A DNA stretch of 64,000 nucleotides from NCBI RefSeq assembly GCF_000281045.1, contig NW_008246071.1:961353-1025352 (forward strand), written 5' to 3'. Positions 47,680 to 58,800 of this stretch are shown here, piece by piece. How positions within the stretch are numbered: the first letter of the stretch is position 1; the number at the start of each line of letters is the position of its first letter. A model generated the notes under the pieces. The model made no database searches. It saw nothing but the letters and a program-made list of their open reading frames with translations, and had not been told where the DNA came from. A program made the translations under genes and the position numbers. Origin of the DNA: Saprolegnia diclina VS20. Lineage: Eukaryota.

Positions 47680-48615
47680 CTAGCGCTGGTTGGCCATGTT
47701 GGCAAACGAGTTGGCGCCCACGGGGTTGCTGTTGTCGTTGAGGTTGTAGAGCAGCTGCGCGAGCCAGCGGCTCGTGGTCAAGTCTTCCTTGAGCACGTCG
47801 TCAAACGTGTGGTTCTGCAGCACTTCGGGGAGGCATTGACGCAGCGCCTCCTTCGCACGCGCATTGTCCGAGAGCCGGAGGTAGCAGCGGATGATGTGCT
47901 TGAGGAGGCGCGTCGACGGCGTCTCGACGAGCGTCGTCACCATCTTGGAGAGGACCGACCCGACCGCGTAAAACCGCTCGGGCGTGTGGCAAATGTACGT
48001 CAGGCCCATCTCGTCGAGGAGGATCTTTTGCACGATAAAGGTCGCGACGGTCTTGGAGAGCTCGCTGCCCGCCTCCATGATGCGCAAGCAGAGCGGAATG
48101 ATCTCGGTCTGGAGGAGAAAGTTGATGACGTCCGTGTCGTCGATCTTGACGAGCGCGCCAATGACGCCGAGCGACGTGAGCCGGAGGTACTCGAACGGGC
48201 GGTTCTTGCTCACAGTGTTGAGGAACGGGTACAGATACAACGGGATGTGCGCATTGAGAAAGTGCGTCCGCGTCTCGGCGTGCGACGCGACGCACTGGAG
48301 GAGCGCGAGCGCGTTGCAGACGCGGTTCGAGGCGTGCGCCGTGAGCTGCGGCGGCGACAGCAGCGGGTAGATCGAGATGATCTCCTGGAGGAGCGCGGCG
48401 ACCGTGCCAAACGAGTGCCACAGGATCGGCGCCAGCTCCGGGAACTCTTCGCGCTTCTTGCTCAGCTCCAAGAGCGCGCTCTCGCGCTGCTCGGGCACCG
48501 AGAGCTCCAGCACGAGGTGGTACAGCTGCTCCGACCCGAGGCCGCTCCCGGGGCCGCCCACCGGTGGGCTCTGCCCTCCTTGGGACGACTGACGCGATAG
48601 GTCCATCATGTTCAT
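47680..48615 (-). CDS. CNOT9: CCR4-NOT subunit 9 (Rcd1/Caf40)
   Basis: [37 protein letters not shown] and [18 protein letters not shown]; start taken at MNMMDL. Confidence 0.97.
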   Translation of the reverse strand: MNMMDLSRQSSQGGQSPPVGGPGSGLGSEQLYHLVLELSVPEQRESALLELSKKREEFPELAPILWHSFGTVAALLQEIISIYPLLSPPQLTAHASNRVCNALALLQCVASHAETRTHFLNAHIPLYLYPFLNTVSKNRPFEYLRLTSLGVIGALVKIDDTDVINFLLQTEIIPLCLRIMEAGSELSKTVATFIVQKILLDEMGLTYICHTPERFYAVGSVLSKMVTTLVETPSTRLLKHIIRCYLRLSDNARAKEALRQCLPEVLQNHTFDDVLKEDLTTSRWLAQLLYNLNDNSNPVGANSFANMANQR

Positions 48616-49250
48616 CGGCCACACGTCCGACTTTTGCAAAGGTGCCGGACCGCGTTTCCGGAGCGTGCAGTCCGGAATTTATGCAAACTACGCACCCACC
48701 CCAACTCCAATCCGGTTAGCTAATCCGGTTGGCCTCACGTTTCAACCGGTTCCGGAGTCGATAAGCAAGTCCAAGGTCGCCGATCCAGGTTGTCAAGCTC
48801 AGATCGTTGGACATGCCACCGCGATATAAAAAGAAGAAGCTATGTGTTCTCTGCCCGTCCGTAGCAGCACCAACCTCCGCGCGTCGGAGAACGCTCGAGA
48901 TCCGTTGCGATCGAAGCCCGGCCGCACGTGTCCCAAGCAACCACCGATGGCGCCATCGACGCGTATAGCAACGTGCTGTAGATCGACGTACGCTAGTCGT
49001 TTTTCTATCCGCGAGTCACTGAGTCTACTCTACTTATACCAGGTAAGGGTCGCGTCGCTACTGGGGAGTTGATCGATTCCATCCATCCAGCGTGCGTGGA
49101 TCTGAAATTCTGTCTTGTACAGTGTTTAGGACGCGACCCGCCGCCGGCTGTCGAAACGGCGGCCGTTTCCGCCGTTTTATAATACAATCAAGGCTATCTG
49201 CATACAATCTCCGAGTGTAAAGTGAAATAATTATTTTATACTCCACGTCG

Positions 49251-49950
49251 ATGGGCGCCGCGGGGTCTGTCGTCCTCGAGACGGCGCCGCCAACGCCCGT
49301 GCTCACGCCGCGCGTGCTCTCAGCCGCACAGACAAAGACGCGACTCACACCCGACGAGCTCGAGATCCTCGGGGGCCACTTTAGCCGGGCGATGGACGGC
49401 AGCGCCATCTCGAGCGAGCCGGCGTCGCCCGGCATTGATTTGCGCAAGTTTCAAGTCGTGCTCGGACTCCCTGAGAAGGAGTCGCTCTATGTCGACCGCA
49501 TCTTTACGCTCATGGACACCAACAAGGACGGACTCATTACGTTTGACGAGTTTACTCACGTCGTCACACTCCTCTCGACGAAAGCGCCGCTCGCCGACAA
49601 AATTGCGTGTACATGTACATACTCTGTATGTTACAGAATATGCTGACCACTGTGTAGTTTCGTTTGCGATCCTCGATTTAGACGGCGACGGCAAGCTCTC
49701 CAAGACCGATGTCCACGACGTGCTCCTCGCGAGCATTTCGGAAAACAGCATTTTGCTCACGAACGACCAAGTCGCGCTCATCATTGAGCGCACGTTTGCT
49801 GACGTCGATCTCGACGCCGACGGGTGCATTAGCCTCGACGAGTACAGCGCGCTCGTGGGCCGCAGCGATGGTATGCTCGCGCACTTGACGCTCAATTTGT
49901 CGTACCTTCTGAACCTCACGACGACACCGGTGGTCGTGCCCAGTGTATGA
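49251..49950 (+). CDS. Calcineurin B-like EF-hand calcium sensor
   Basis: MGAAGS start; EF loops DTNKDGLITFDE, DLDGDGKLSKTD and DLDADGCISLDE; one intron. Confidence 0.85.
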
Positions 49951-50037
49951 AATAACTCTGTATAAAACGCTGTAAATACCAGTGGATGGAAAACGAACCT
50001 CGAATTCTCGGCGGAACAAAAGGTTCCAAGTATCAAG

Positions 50038-51830
50038 ATGGCGAAACGACCGATGTGGGCGGAGAAGCTGCGCCGACAGCTGCGACGGACATTCCAGATG
50101 CCACCAGAGAACCAGGAGACGACGACGACGGACCTGCATCCGAAGCGGCTCGCGCTCGGCCCGCTCATCGGCAGCGGGTCCTTCTCCAAGGTCTTTGCTG
50201 GCGCGTACGACGGCGCGCCTGTCGCGATCAAGCGCCAGAAGCGCGACCCGCAGATCAACGACTACATTGCGCGAGAGATCGCGATCTTGCGCCAGCTCGA
50301 GCACCCGCGCTTGCTGCGCTTCATCGGCCAAGTCAACCAGCCCGACGAAGTCTGGATCGTCACCGAGTACTTGAAGGGCGGCGACGTGAGCAAACTCCTC
50401 AAGAAGGCGGCGCCTGTCACGTGGTACCAGCGCGTCCAGATCGCCCTCGACGCCGCCGAGGCCCTCGCGTACTTGCACGACCACGGCTTTATCCATCGCG
50501 ACATCAAGGCGGCCAACCTCCTCGTACGGCCCACTCGTTCATGCAATCGACTCATCGACAGCGTAGCTGGACGACGACCGCCGCTGCAAGCTATGCGACT
50601 TTGGCTTTGCACGCGAAGCGCAGGTGGATACGAGCACCAAGCCGCGCCGGCGCATGTCGCTCTGCGGCACGGACGCCTACATGGCGCCGGTAGGTCCCTG
50701 CGCCGGGTTCTCGTCTTCAGCCATGCTGCTTTAGGAAATCCACTTTGACGAAGCGTACGGTGAGCACGCCGATATCTTTTCGCTCGGCGTCGTCATCATG
50801 GAGCTCATTTGTCTTCGCCACGTACGCGACAGGACGCCATGCCATCATTGTCATGCAATGTGTAGGTGGGCGTCGACGATTTCTTGCCGCGGACGCCAGC
50901 GCAGCAGTTCCGCATCGACATCAACGAGTTTCGGCGGGTCACCCCAGCGAGCTGCCCAGTATCCTTTGCGCTTCTCGCAGAGCACTGCACGTCGTTCGAA
51001 CCATCCGACCGCCCGCACGCCGGCGAGGTTCCCCTCCTTTTCAGATAGTCTTTTCTCAATTTTTTGGTTGTCTTAGGTCGTCGAGTGGCTCACGGAGCTC
51101 TTGGCCGACCTTGGCACCGACGACGACAACAACGCCGAGTGCAACCCCGAAGTGCTCGACGAGACCGAGTTTAGCATCGCCGTGCGGCCGGCCGTCGACT
51201 TGGACATTGACGAGCCGCCGGCGCATGCCGGTGCCCTTCTAAAGCGCGCAGCGCACGGCCTGCGTCGATGGCGCCAGCGCTACGTGGTGATTGCCGACTC
51301 GACCTTGACGTACTACACGTCGCAAAAGATCTACGACAAGCTGCGTGGCACCGACAGCTTTGCGCCATCGCCCGAGCACACGTTGGCGCTCGCCGACTGC
51401 AAACTCAAAAAGGTGCCTTTTGAGTGTTTGCATCAAATCTCAACGCGTCTTGTTGTAGAAGGCCAACCGGAGGTTTGTGCTCGTGCAAGGCAGCCAGCGC
51501 AAGGAGTTCCAAGCGACGTCGATCATCGAGCTCCAGAGCTGGCTCGCGATCCTCGACCAAGCGATTGCAGTCGCCACGCATGCCAAGCACGCGCCACCCC
51601 CACCGCCGCCGTCGCCACTCTCGCTCCACGACGACGTCTACAGCTGGCTGCGACAGCTGCACATGGAGCAGTACGCTGGAGCGTTCAAGGCCAAAGGCTT
51701 CACGACGCTCGACTTTCTCCGAGAAACGGGCCTTGCCGACGACGACTTCAACTTCCTCGGCATTGACAACACGGCGCATCAGGCCGTGCTCTCGGCCGCC
51801 GCGCTTCGTCTACAGACAAGCGACAACTAA
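50038..51830 (+). CDS. TKL protein kinase (LIM/TESK-like) with C-terminal PH and SAM domains
   Basis: IGSGSFSKV, VAIK, HRDIKAANLL, CDFGFAR and CGTDAYMAP; PH AGALLKR..WRQRYVVI...LTYY; SAM VYSWLRQLHMEQYAGAF. Confidence 0.88.
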
Positions 51831-51879
51831 ATTCAAATGCAATGTACGCCCTCTTGTTGCTAGTACGACTACGATCGGC

Positions 51880-54800
51880 TCACGGCGCCTGAAACGTACT
51901 GCGCAGTCGCTTGTACGCGGTCGTGACGGCGACGAACGCCGACACCTTCTCCGGGGTGCTGTGGCTCTTGTCCGGATGCAGCTTGAGCACGAGCGCCCGG
52001 TATTGGTTCTTGACGGTGCCCCACGACGCGTGCTTGGGGACACCGAGGACGCCATGCGCGTCTTTAGTCGCGTTCCACAGCGCTACAATGCGCCGCGACG
52101 ACCAGAGCTGCGGTCCCTCGAGGCACTTGGTGTACGTCGGCGTCGGCGACGCCGCCGAGGACGGCTCGACGCGGAGGCGCCGGCGTACGCGCGCACGGGC
52201 AGCTTGAAACACAAACTCTTGCTCGTTCCGAAGTCGATCGACGGGCACAAAGTTGGGCAAGTGCGTCGCCGGTGGTGGCGCGCGGGTCGCCGGTCGACAC
52301 GTGCAGTGGCTTGCACAGTGCTTGCAGCGAGCACAGGTGAAGGCGTGGCCACACGACATGCCGGGACACCCGAGACTCGTCTCGATCGTGTGCAGCATGC
52401 GCGACATGGCTTGCTGGCACAACAAGTCGATCTGGGCGTTGGGCTTGGGACGGAACCGGCCACGTGACGTCGCTTCGTCGCACGGCCGCTTGCTCGATGG
52501 AAGCGGCGCGTTCCCAACGCTGCGCTTGCGCCGGGGCTTGGCTTCCATCGCGGCGACCTCGTCGTCCGAGTCGGTGCGCGCCGGCGCCTTCTCGTCGCTC
52601 GCAGTCTCCAAGATCGTGTCGGATACGAGCACGAATCGCACGTCGTTGGTTGTCCGCGCCGACCGTTTGAGCATCGAAAGCGGCCGATCGTCTTCTTCGT
52701 CATCACTCGGCGTCGCAACGCAAGGAAGAGGCGGCGCCTTTTCTTCGAGGTCCGCATCCTCGCTCTCCTTGGCCGTGTCCGAGCTCTCGTCGTCGTCGTC
52801 GTCGTCTTCGTTGGTCAAATCGATCGTAAACCGGCGCGGGTACCGACGACGGGGCGCGCCTCCTTTTCTTGCGTCCTTCTTGGCCTTCTTCTTGCTTTTC
52901 TTGGCGATCGAAGGCGCATCGACCCTCTCTGGACCCAAGGTTGTCCGAGTGTCATCGTGGTTGTTGCCATGGATGGAAGGCTCGTCATTGGCTGCATGGC
53001 TGCTCTCCGACCGAGACAACTCGTCGGTGTCCATCGCAACGTTAACGCCGGCGTCGTCGGCCAAAGAAACTTCGGCCGTCTGGTCGTTGATAGTGACGTC
53101 ACCCGCGACCTCGTCGTTGGCGCCAAGGGTTTCGTCGGCGACCATCTCGACGTCGGCACTGCTGTCGCCATTTGCACCGATCGCTGCGTCGGCACTGCTG
53201 TCCGCCTCGTTGCCGCTGGCCACGACATCATCTCTGATCGTGTCCTCTACGACGTAGCTGTCGTCGTCATCGCGCCGGTCGCACGTGTCCTCGCCATCGT
53301 CATTGGCGTCCGCGTCATCATCCATCGGGTCCTGGTTAACGGGGTGGGGAGCTGCAAACGCGTCGTGATCGACACTGTCAGCGTCGTCATCGTCATCATC
53401 GCGCGTCGCATCTTCCACATTGGCATCGCGCTGCGCGTCGGCGTCCTCGTCTTCATGGTGTTCGTCGTCTTCATCATACTCCTCGATGCGTTCCATGTTG
53501 TGCAGGGCCGTGTCCGGCCCATCGTCCTCGGTCGTCGTCGGCGGCGGCGGTAGATCCTGCGCTTCTTCCTTGATAAGCTTGGGATTCGTATGTCGCGTGT
53601 GGCGATGTCGAATCTGGCTCTGGATGAACGAGACGCACCACTCGTGGAGCATAAACTGCTTGGCGAGCACGTCGAGGCGCGCCGCCGCCTCGGCCAAGCG
53701 CTCGTTCCAACGCAGCGTGGGCGGCCACTCCGTGTTGACGCTCGCGTCCAGGCGCATGTACGCAATGTACCGCAGCGTCGCGGCGTGCGCAACCATCTCG
53801 TCACGGTACTTGGTCTGCATTGGCTCGTCGAGGAGGTAGCAGCGCGCGTTGGCAATGGTGAAATGCTCGACGTGGGATTGGAGCCAGCGGTCCCGGGCCG
53901 AGGCGTCCGGCCGCAGGTGCACGGGCTTGGGCATCGACGCGGCCATCGCATCCGCGAGGTACGCCGACGGCGCCGGGAGCTGGTCGATGTGTTGACGGTT
54001 GAGCACAAACCACTCGGGCATGTCGCGGGCCCACGCTGCCCATTGCGCAAGGAGCGCCCGCTCGACGATCGAGAGGAGCTGCACGCAGAGGGCCTTGACC
54101 GCGTTCGAGACGTACGCAAGGCACGAAGGTGACTCGAGCAAGAGGCGCTCGAGGTTGCCCGCAGCATCTTGAAACTCGGCGACAAGCTCCGCGAGCGTAC
54201 TCGGTGACGGCACGGGCTGCGTCCAGCGTGCGACCTCGTGCATGATCTCGGGCGCCGCGCGCACGGTAGCGTCGACGAGCTCGGCGAGATCCGGGAACCG
54301 GTTGTCGTCGTCCTGAAAGTGCGACGGCAAGAAGACGAGGCTGTGCCGAATCGCCTTGCAGCTGCTGCTAACGACCGACTTTTCGTAGAGAGGCAGCGGG
54401 TACACGAGTGATGGCTGGCGCAACTCGGTTTGCGCGTACGCGTGGGCACCGACGACGTGCGCGGCAAACGCCACCTCGTGCAAGAACGGTGCGGCGTGCG
54501 TGAGGTGGAGGCCTGCCGCATGCCGGCCGCACTCGAGGATCGTATCGAGGCACTGCTCCGTGTGCTTGTTGAGGAGGTCGAGGTCTGCGGGATGCAGGAG
54601 CATTTGCTCGAGCTGCGGCTTGCTAAATCGCTCCATGCCCTGCCATAGATAGAGGTAGAAGAGAGGGTTCGCGTCGACTATCCTCTTGGCGCGCGATACG
54701 GGCTCCACCGGCGCAAGCAGCGGCAGCGACGGGCAGCGGACGACCGCGCGCATCTTGGACTCAAACGACCGGATCCGACGACGCCGCTGCGAAGAGAGAA

Positions 54801-55188
54801 TCGGGACGCTCTCGATCTGCTCGATCGCACTCATCTTGGCCGCGTCAATGGCCTGGATCTGCTGCCGCTTGGCCGCCCGCGACAGCGGCTGGGCCATCGT
54901 CAAGCACTGCAGCATCATCGCGCCGTTCGTGACAGCGTGGACACTGCGCAACTTCTTCTTGAGTCGCACATGGTCCTGCCACTGCGACGCTTTCGCATCC
55001 AGCGCCGTTCGCTCGCGCTTCATCTCGCGCTCGAGGCGCCGCTCGTGCTTCTGGTGCGCGAGGGTCCGGCGGATCGCGCGGGCGCCATGGGGGGACGCAT
55101 CTACACGCGCTGTACCATCCTTTCGGGCAGGTCCGTCAGGTCGCGTACCGGCCGCGTCCGTCCGCGGAGCGCTCGAGGTCGTCTTCAT
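51880..55188 (-). CDS. Large intronless protein with C-terminal DnaJ domain
   Basis: 1102 aa; AHGVLGV...VKNQYRALVLKLHPDK...FVAVTTAYKRL; long acidic region and a Cys/His cluster. Confidence 0.85.
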   Translation of the reverse strand: MKTTSSAPRTDAAGTRPDGPARKDGTARVDASPHGARAIRRTLAHQKHERRLEREMKRERTALDAKASQWQDHVRLKKKLRSVHAVTNGAMMLQCLTMAQPLSRAAKRQQIQAIDAAKMSAIEQIESVPILSSQRRRRIRSFESKMRAVVRCPSLPLLAPVEPVSRAKRIVDANPLFYLYLWQGMERFSKPQLEQMLLHPADLDLLNKHTEQCLDTILECGRHAAGLHLTHAAPFLHEVAFAAHVVGAHAYAQTELRQPSLVYPLPLYEKSVVSSSCKAIRHSLVFLPSHFQDDDNRFPDLAELVDATVRAAPEIMHEVARWTQPVPSPSTLAELVAEFQDAAGNLERLLLESPSCLAYVSNAVKALCVQLLSIVERALLAQWAAWARDMPEWFVLNRQHIDQLPAPSAYLADAMAASMPKPVHLRPDASARDRWLQSHVEHFTIANARCYLLDEPMQTKYRDEMVAHAATLRYIAYMRLDASVNTEWPPTLRWNERLAEAAARLDVLAKQFMLHEWCVSFIQSQIRHRHTRHTNPKLIKEEAQDLPPPPTTTEDDGPDTALHNMERIEEYDEDDEHHEDEDADAQRDANVEDATRDDDDDDADSVDHDAFAAPHPVNQDPMDDDADANDDGEDTCDRRDDDDSYVVEDTIRDDVVASGNEADSSADAAIGANGDSSADVEMVADETLGANDEVAGDVTINDQTAEVSLADDAGVNVAMDTDELSRSESSHAANDEPSIHGNNHDDTRTTLGPERVDAPSIAKKSKKKAKKDARKGGAPRRRYPRRFTIDLTNEDDDDDDESSDTAKESEDADLEEKAPPLPCVATPSDDEEDDRPLSMLKRSARTTNDVRFVLVSDTILETASDEKAPARTDSDDEVAAMEAKPRRKRSVGNAPLPSSKRPCDEATSRGRFRPKPNAQIDLLCQQAMSRMLHTIETSLGCPGMSCGHAFTCARCKHCASHCTCRPATRAPPPATHLPNFVPVDRLRNEQEFVFQAARARVRRRLRVEPSSAASPTPTYTKCLEGPQLWSSRRIVALWNATKDAHGVLGVPKHASWGTVKNQYRALVLKLHPDKSHSTPEKVSAFVAVTTAYKRLRSTFQAP

Positions 55189-55813
55189 CCCGCGCCTTTC
55201 ACTGGTGCTTCATGCACCTGCTATGGGAAAATACAAGCAGCCCCACCCCAATCGCGGTGGCGTGACCTGTAAAATCCGCAAAACGCCTGACGTTTTCCAA
55301 CGAAACGGCATGTTTATACAAAAAATGGTCACTTGAATACTCGGTTCCGATTGGATGGAGCCGGTTGACGCTGCGACCCCTTGGTTCCCGCCAACCCGAC
55401 CACTGACCGCGTGGCCCTTCCGCAGGGTTATTGTCATGCCCTGCCCTACACCTAGTCTTATATGAATATACCACCAGAGGTTCGATCGATGAGCTCCACA
55501 ACAGCGTTCGAGTCGTCGACATAGCGCAGCTGCACGCAGCCCTCGACCAACGTTATTGTCAGTGTCAAGATGCACTTGGCTACCGTCCTTTCATCCCGTC
55601 GGTGGCTCCTTCTTCTCATACGTAGAGGTGCAAGCCCTGTAGGAGCTGTCCCTCTCGTCTCTTTTGCACTGCCCCGTTGGCATGATCCTCGGGTCCTCCA
55701 CCACCATGGTAGATGCGTGTCCGTGGGCACAATCATGTAGGTACGTCGGTGAGCAACGAGCGTTGAAGTAGAGTTGTTCAAAAGCGAATGGATGCATGTA
55801 GAGGATCGCGACC

Positions 55814-58800
55814 TTATTTGAGGATGACGATGAGGAGGTTGATGATCGGGCCCGCAAAGTACATGATGACACCGAGCGCGACAAAGCACACGACGCACAT
55901 GACGCGGCGGCAGATCTTTGGGCCGAGGAGCTCGTTGAAGACGTAGAACGGGTTCATGCTGAACTTGAGGCGGCCGGCCGGCGGCGGCAAGAACGGACTG
56001 TTGTTCGGGTCGCTCCGGCCAAACCCAACGGCAATGGTCTTGGCCTTCTCGATTGGCACGAGTTCCATGCTGATGCAGACGGCGCCCATCGGGTCCTTGA
56101 CGCCCGTCGCGCGGTTCATGCGCTCCATCTTGATCCAACTCGAGTCGGTCGGGTCCGTGTCCCAGAGCCCCGTGGCCTCCTTGATGGACCGGATCGCGTC
56201 GTTGTTTTGCGCTTCGCTTGCCGTCTCTTTTGGGCGCGGCGTCTTGTTCTGGAAAATTTGGTACGGGGCTTGGAGCTTGCACACTTGCCGGAAGTGCGGC
56301 TGCATGTCCAAGATGCCCTCGGCGATGCAGTCGTTCGACGAGAAGACGTCCTTGTCCCACATTTGGAGCTTAAAGTACGGGAACTTGGAGTTGTGCTGCT
56401 TGTGCCCGAGGAGCACCTTGAACTTCATGCGCCAGTTGAAGCTCGCCTTGCCCTTCTTGGCCCGCCAATGGATGTCCGTGTCCTGGTGGTCGCTGCCTTC
56501 GAGCGCGCAGCGCACAAAGAGGTCGTTCATCTCGGTGATCTCGTCTGCGTTTGGCACTTCCTTTGTCTTCCAAATGACGACGCGGAGCTCAAACTCGCGC
56601 GGCGGCGGCAGCGCAATGTCCGCGGGCGGAAAGTTGACGGCTTCCTTGGGCGTCAAAATGTCGATCCAGAGCTTGAGCTGGCCCATGGGCGCCCGGGACG
56701 TCGGGATCGTGAGCGTCCGCTGCTCGACAGGCTTGGGGCCCCAGCGCTTGGTGGTTTGGAAGGCGTGGCCGAGCGCGTGCCAGTGCTTGTCAAAGAATCG
56801 GTCTTCGACGTCGATCCGTGTCGAGCCAATGAGATCGTCGCCGCCGATGAAATCGTGGTCGAACGCGTCGATCGTAAGCGTCGCGACACCGGGAAACTGG
56901 CAGTGGAACTCGTACAACTTGTAAAAGTCCGGGTCCACGACATCGTCGATGTAGTTTTTCCGGTCGTTGATCTTGTGCTTCCCGAGGCGCAAAATCAGAT
57001 ACGGGTCCGACTTGCCGGGAGTGCCATCGAGGCCCGGGTCCATCGGCGCAAAGCCCGTCCCGTTCAACACGTAGACGCGCAGCGTATACGGCTGCGGGTT
57101 GAGGAGCTTTTGCATGTCGACCAGCGGCGGCTCGTCTTCGCGACGCATGACGCGGACGAGCCCTTTGAAGATGCCCGCAATGTGGAACGTGCCCAGCCCG
57201 TTCTCGCTGTCGCCGCCACCGCTCGCGCCGCCGAGACCTGCGACCTTCTTCACCGAGTTCACCGTGTTGCCGACGAGCTTGAACGGGTTGAGCTTGCCGA
57301 CGCTAAGAATGTCGAGCACCGACTTCTTCCTCTTCTTTTGGCCAATCGAGAGCGCGTACGTCTCGAACGGCTTGGTCTTGAGCGCCGCCGACTCGAGGTC
57401 TTCGTTGTAGTCGTCGCGGTTCTTCATGTACTTTCTCTTCTTGATCTCAAACTCGTCGGCGCCTTCGTCGTCCTCGACGACGTCGTCCGAAGTGGGCGAG
57501 CTCAAGACCGAGCTACCACGCCGCATCATGGGCGACGGGGACTCGTCCGAGATGGCCGTCTCGGTGAGCAAGCTCGGGTTCTCCAAGTCGATCGAGATGT
57601 TCATCGAGTGGAGGGCACCAAAGACACCCGCGCCATTCTCGCCTTTGGCGTGGTGCTCCTTGAGCAGCGGCGCATGGTCATCACTCAAGTCGATCTCGTC
57701 GTCGTCGTCGTCCGGCGCGGCGCTGGCTACGCAGCCCAAGTCGGGTGTCTGCGGAGGAATGTAGCCTTGGCCCCACGGCAGCTTGGTCGTCATCTACGTC
57801 CGTCATCATATCCCATCAGATATTTGTTACAGAGGAGTGCCAGCAATAGAGATACGACGTACATCAATGGATGCATTCCCGATCGTGGGCTTGAGCCAGC
57901 CGCCAAGACGCGTGTCCCGGACCATAATGTTGAGCATGGGCGCGAAGAGCGAGTCTTCCGGAAGCTCAACCTCGCGCACGATGCGCTGAAGAAAGTTGGG
58001 GTTGTCGCCAGTCGGCCGCTTGGACGTCTCCGTCTTCATCTCTTGGTTCGCATGCGTCTTGCCGCCGAGCGTAAACTCGACGAACGGCAGCTGAATCGGG
58101 AGGAACTGGAACGGACGCATGTCCCGGAGACCGAGCACGATGATCTCCAAGTACGCTGTGATCATCTTGGGTGCAATCGGGCGTGGTGGCGACAGAATCA
58201 TATCAGGAGTGTCCTTCTTGATGACGACGACGGACGCGAGGATCGAGCCTTCCGTGTCGCCTGCTTCTTGCTGCATGAGGTTGTACCACTGCGGAAGAGG
58301 CAGTGGCCGCGGGTCATCGGGGCGTCGGATGTGCTCTTGGTTTAGCGAGATGAACGCCGAGCCCATGTAGTCGTGGGACGAGTCGCCAAGCCCCAAGTCC
58401 CAGTCCATCGCGCGCAGAATGACCTACTCGTGGTGAGCAATCGCTATCGCAGCACGACAAGTACCTGGGGCGAGTACTGAATGTACTCGACAGGCGGCAG
58501 GTCGACGTCAAAGCAAAACGTCTGGTAGTACAGCGGGTCGCGCGTCTTCTTCTTCACTTCGGTGCGCTCTTCTTGGCCGCACAGTCGCACTTTGATGTAC
58601 GGGTCGCACAAGCCATTGTCGTCCAGTGCCGGTAGCTGCCGACCCTGGAAAATGTTGACTTGGACTTGGTACTTGAGCCGGGTGCCGAGGATTTCCTGGT
58701 TGCACAGGCGGTTCCACATGTCGACCGTCGCGTTCGACGTGTCCTACAGCACCATACACATAACTCGTATCTCGTTTCGAGCCGTCGGAGCGTACGAGGT

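Noticed and set aside
56207..58345. 712-aa plus-strand ORF and similar long antisense ORFs (e.g. 41189-42094, 47656-48600, 60285-61448)
   Set aside because: Shadow ORFs opposite well-supported genes, expected from GC3-rich codon usage.
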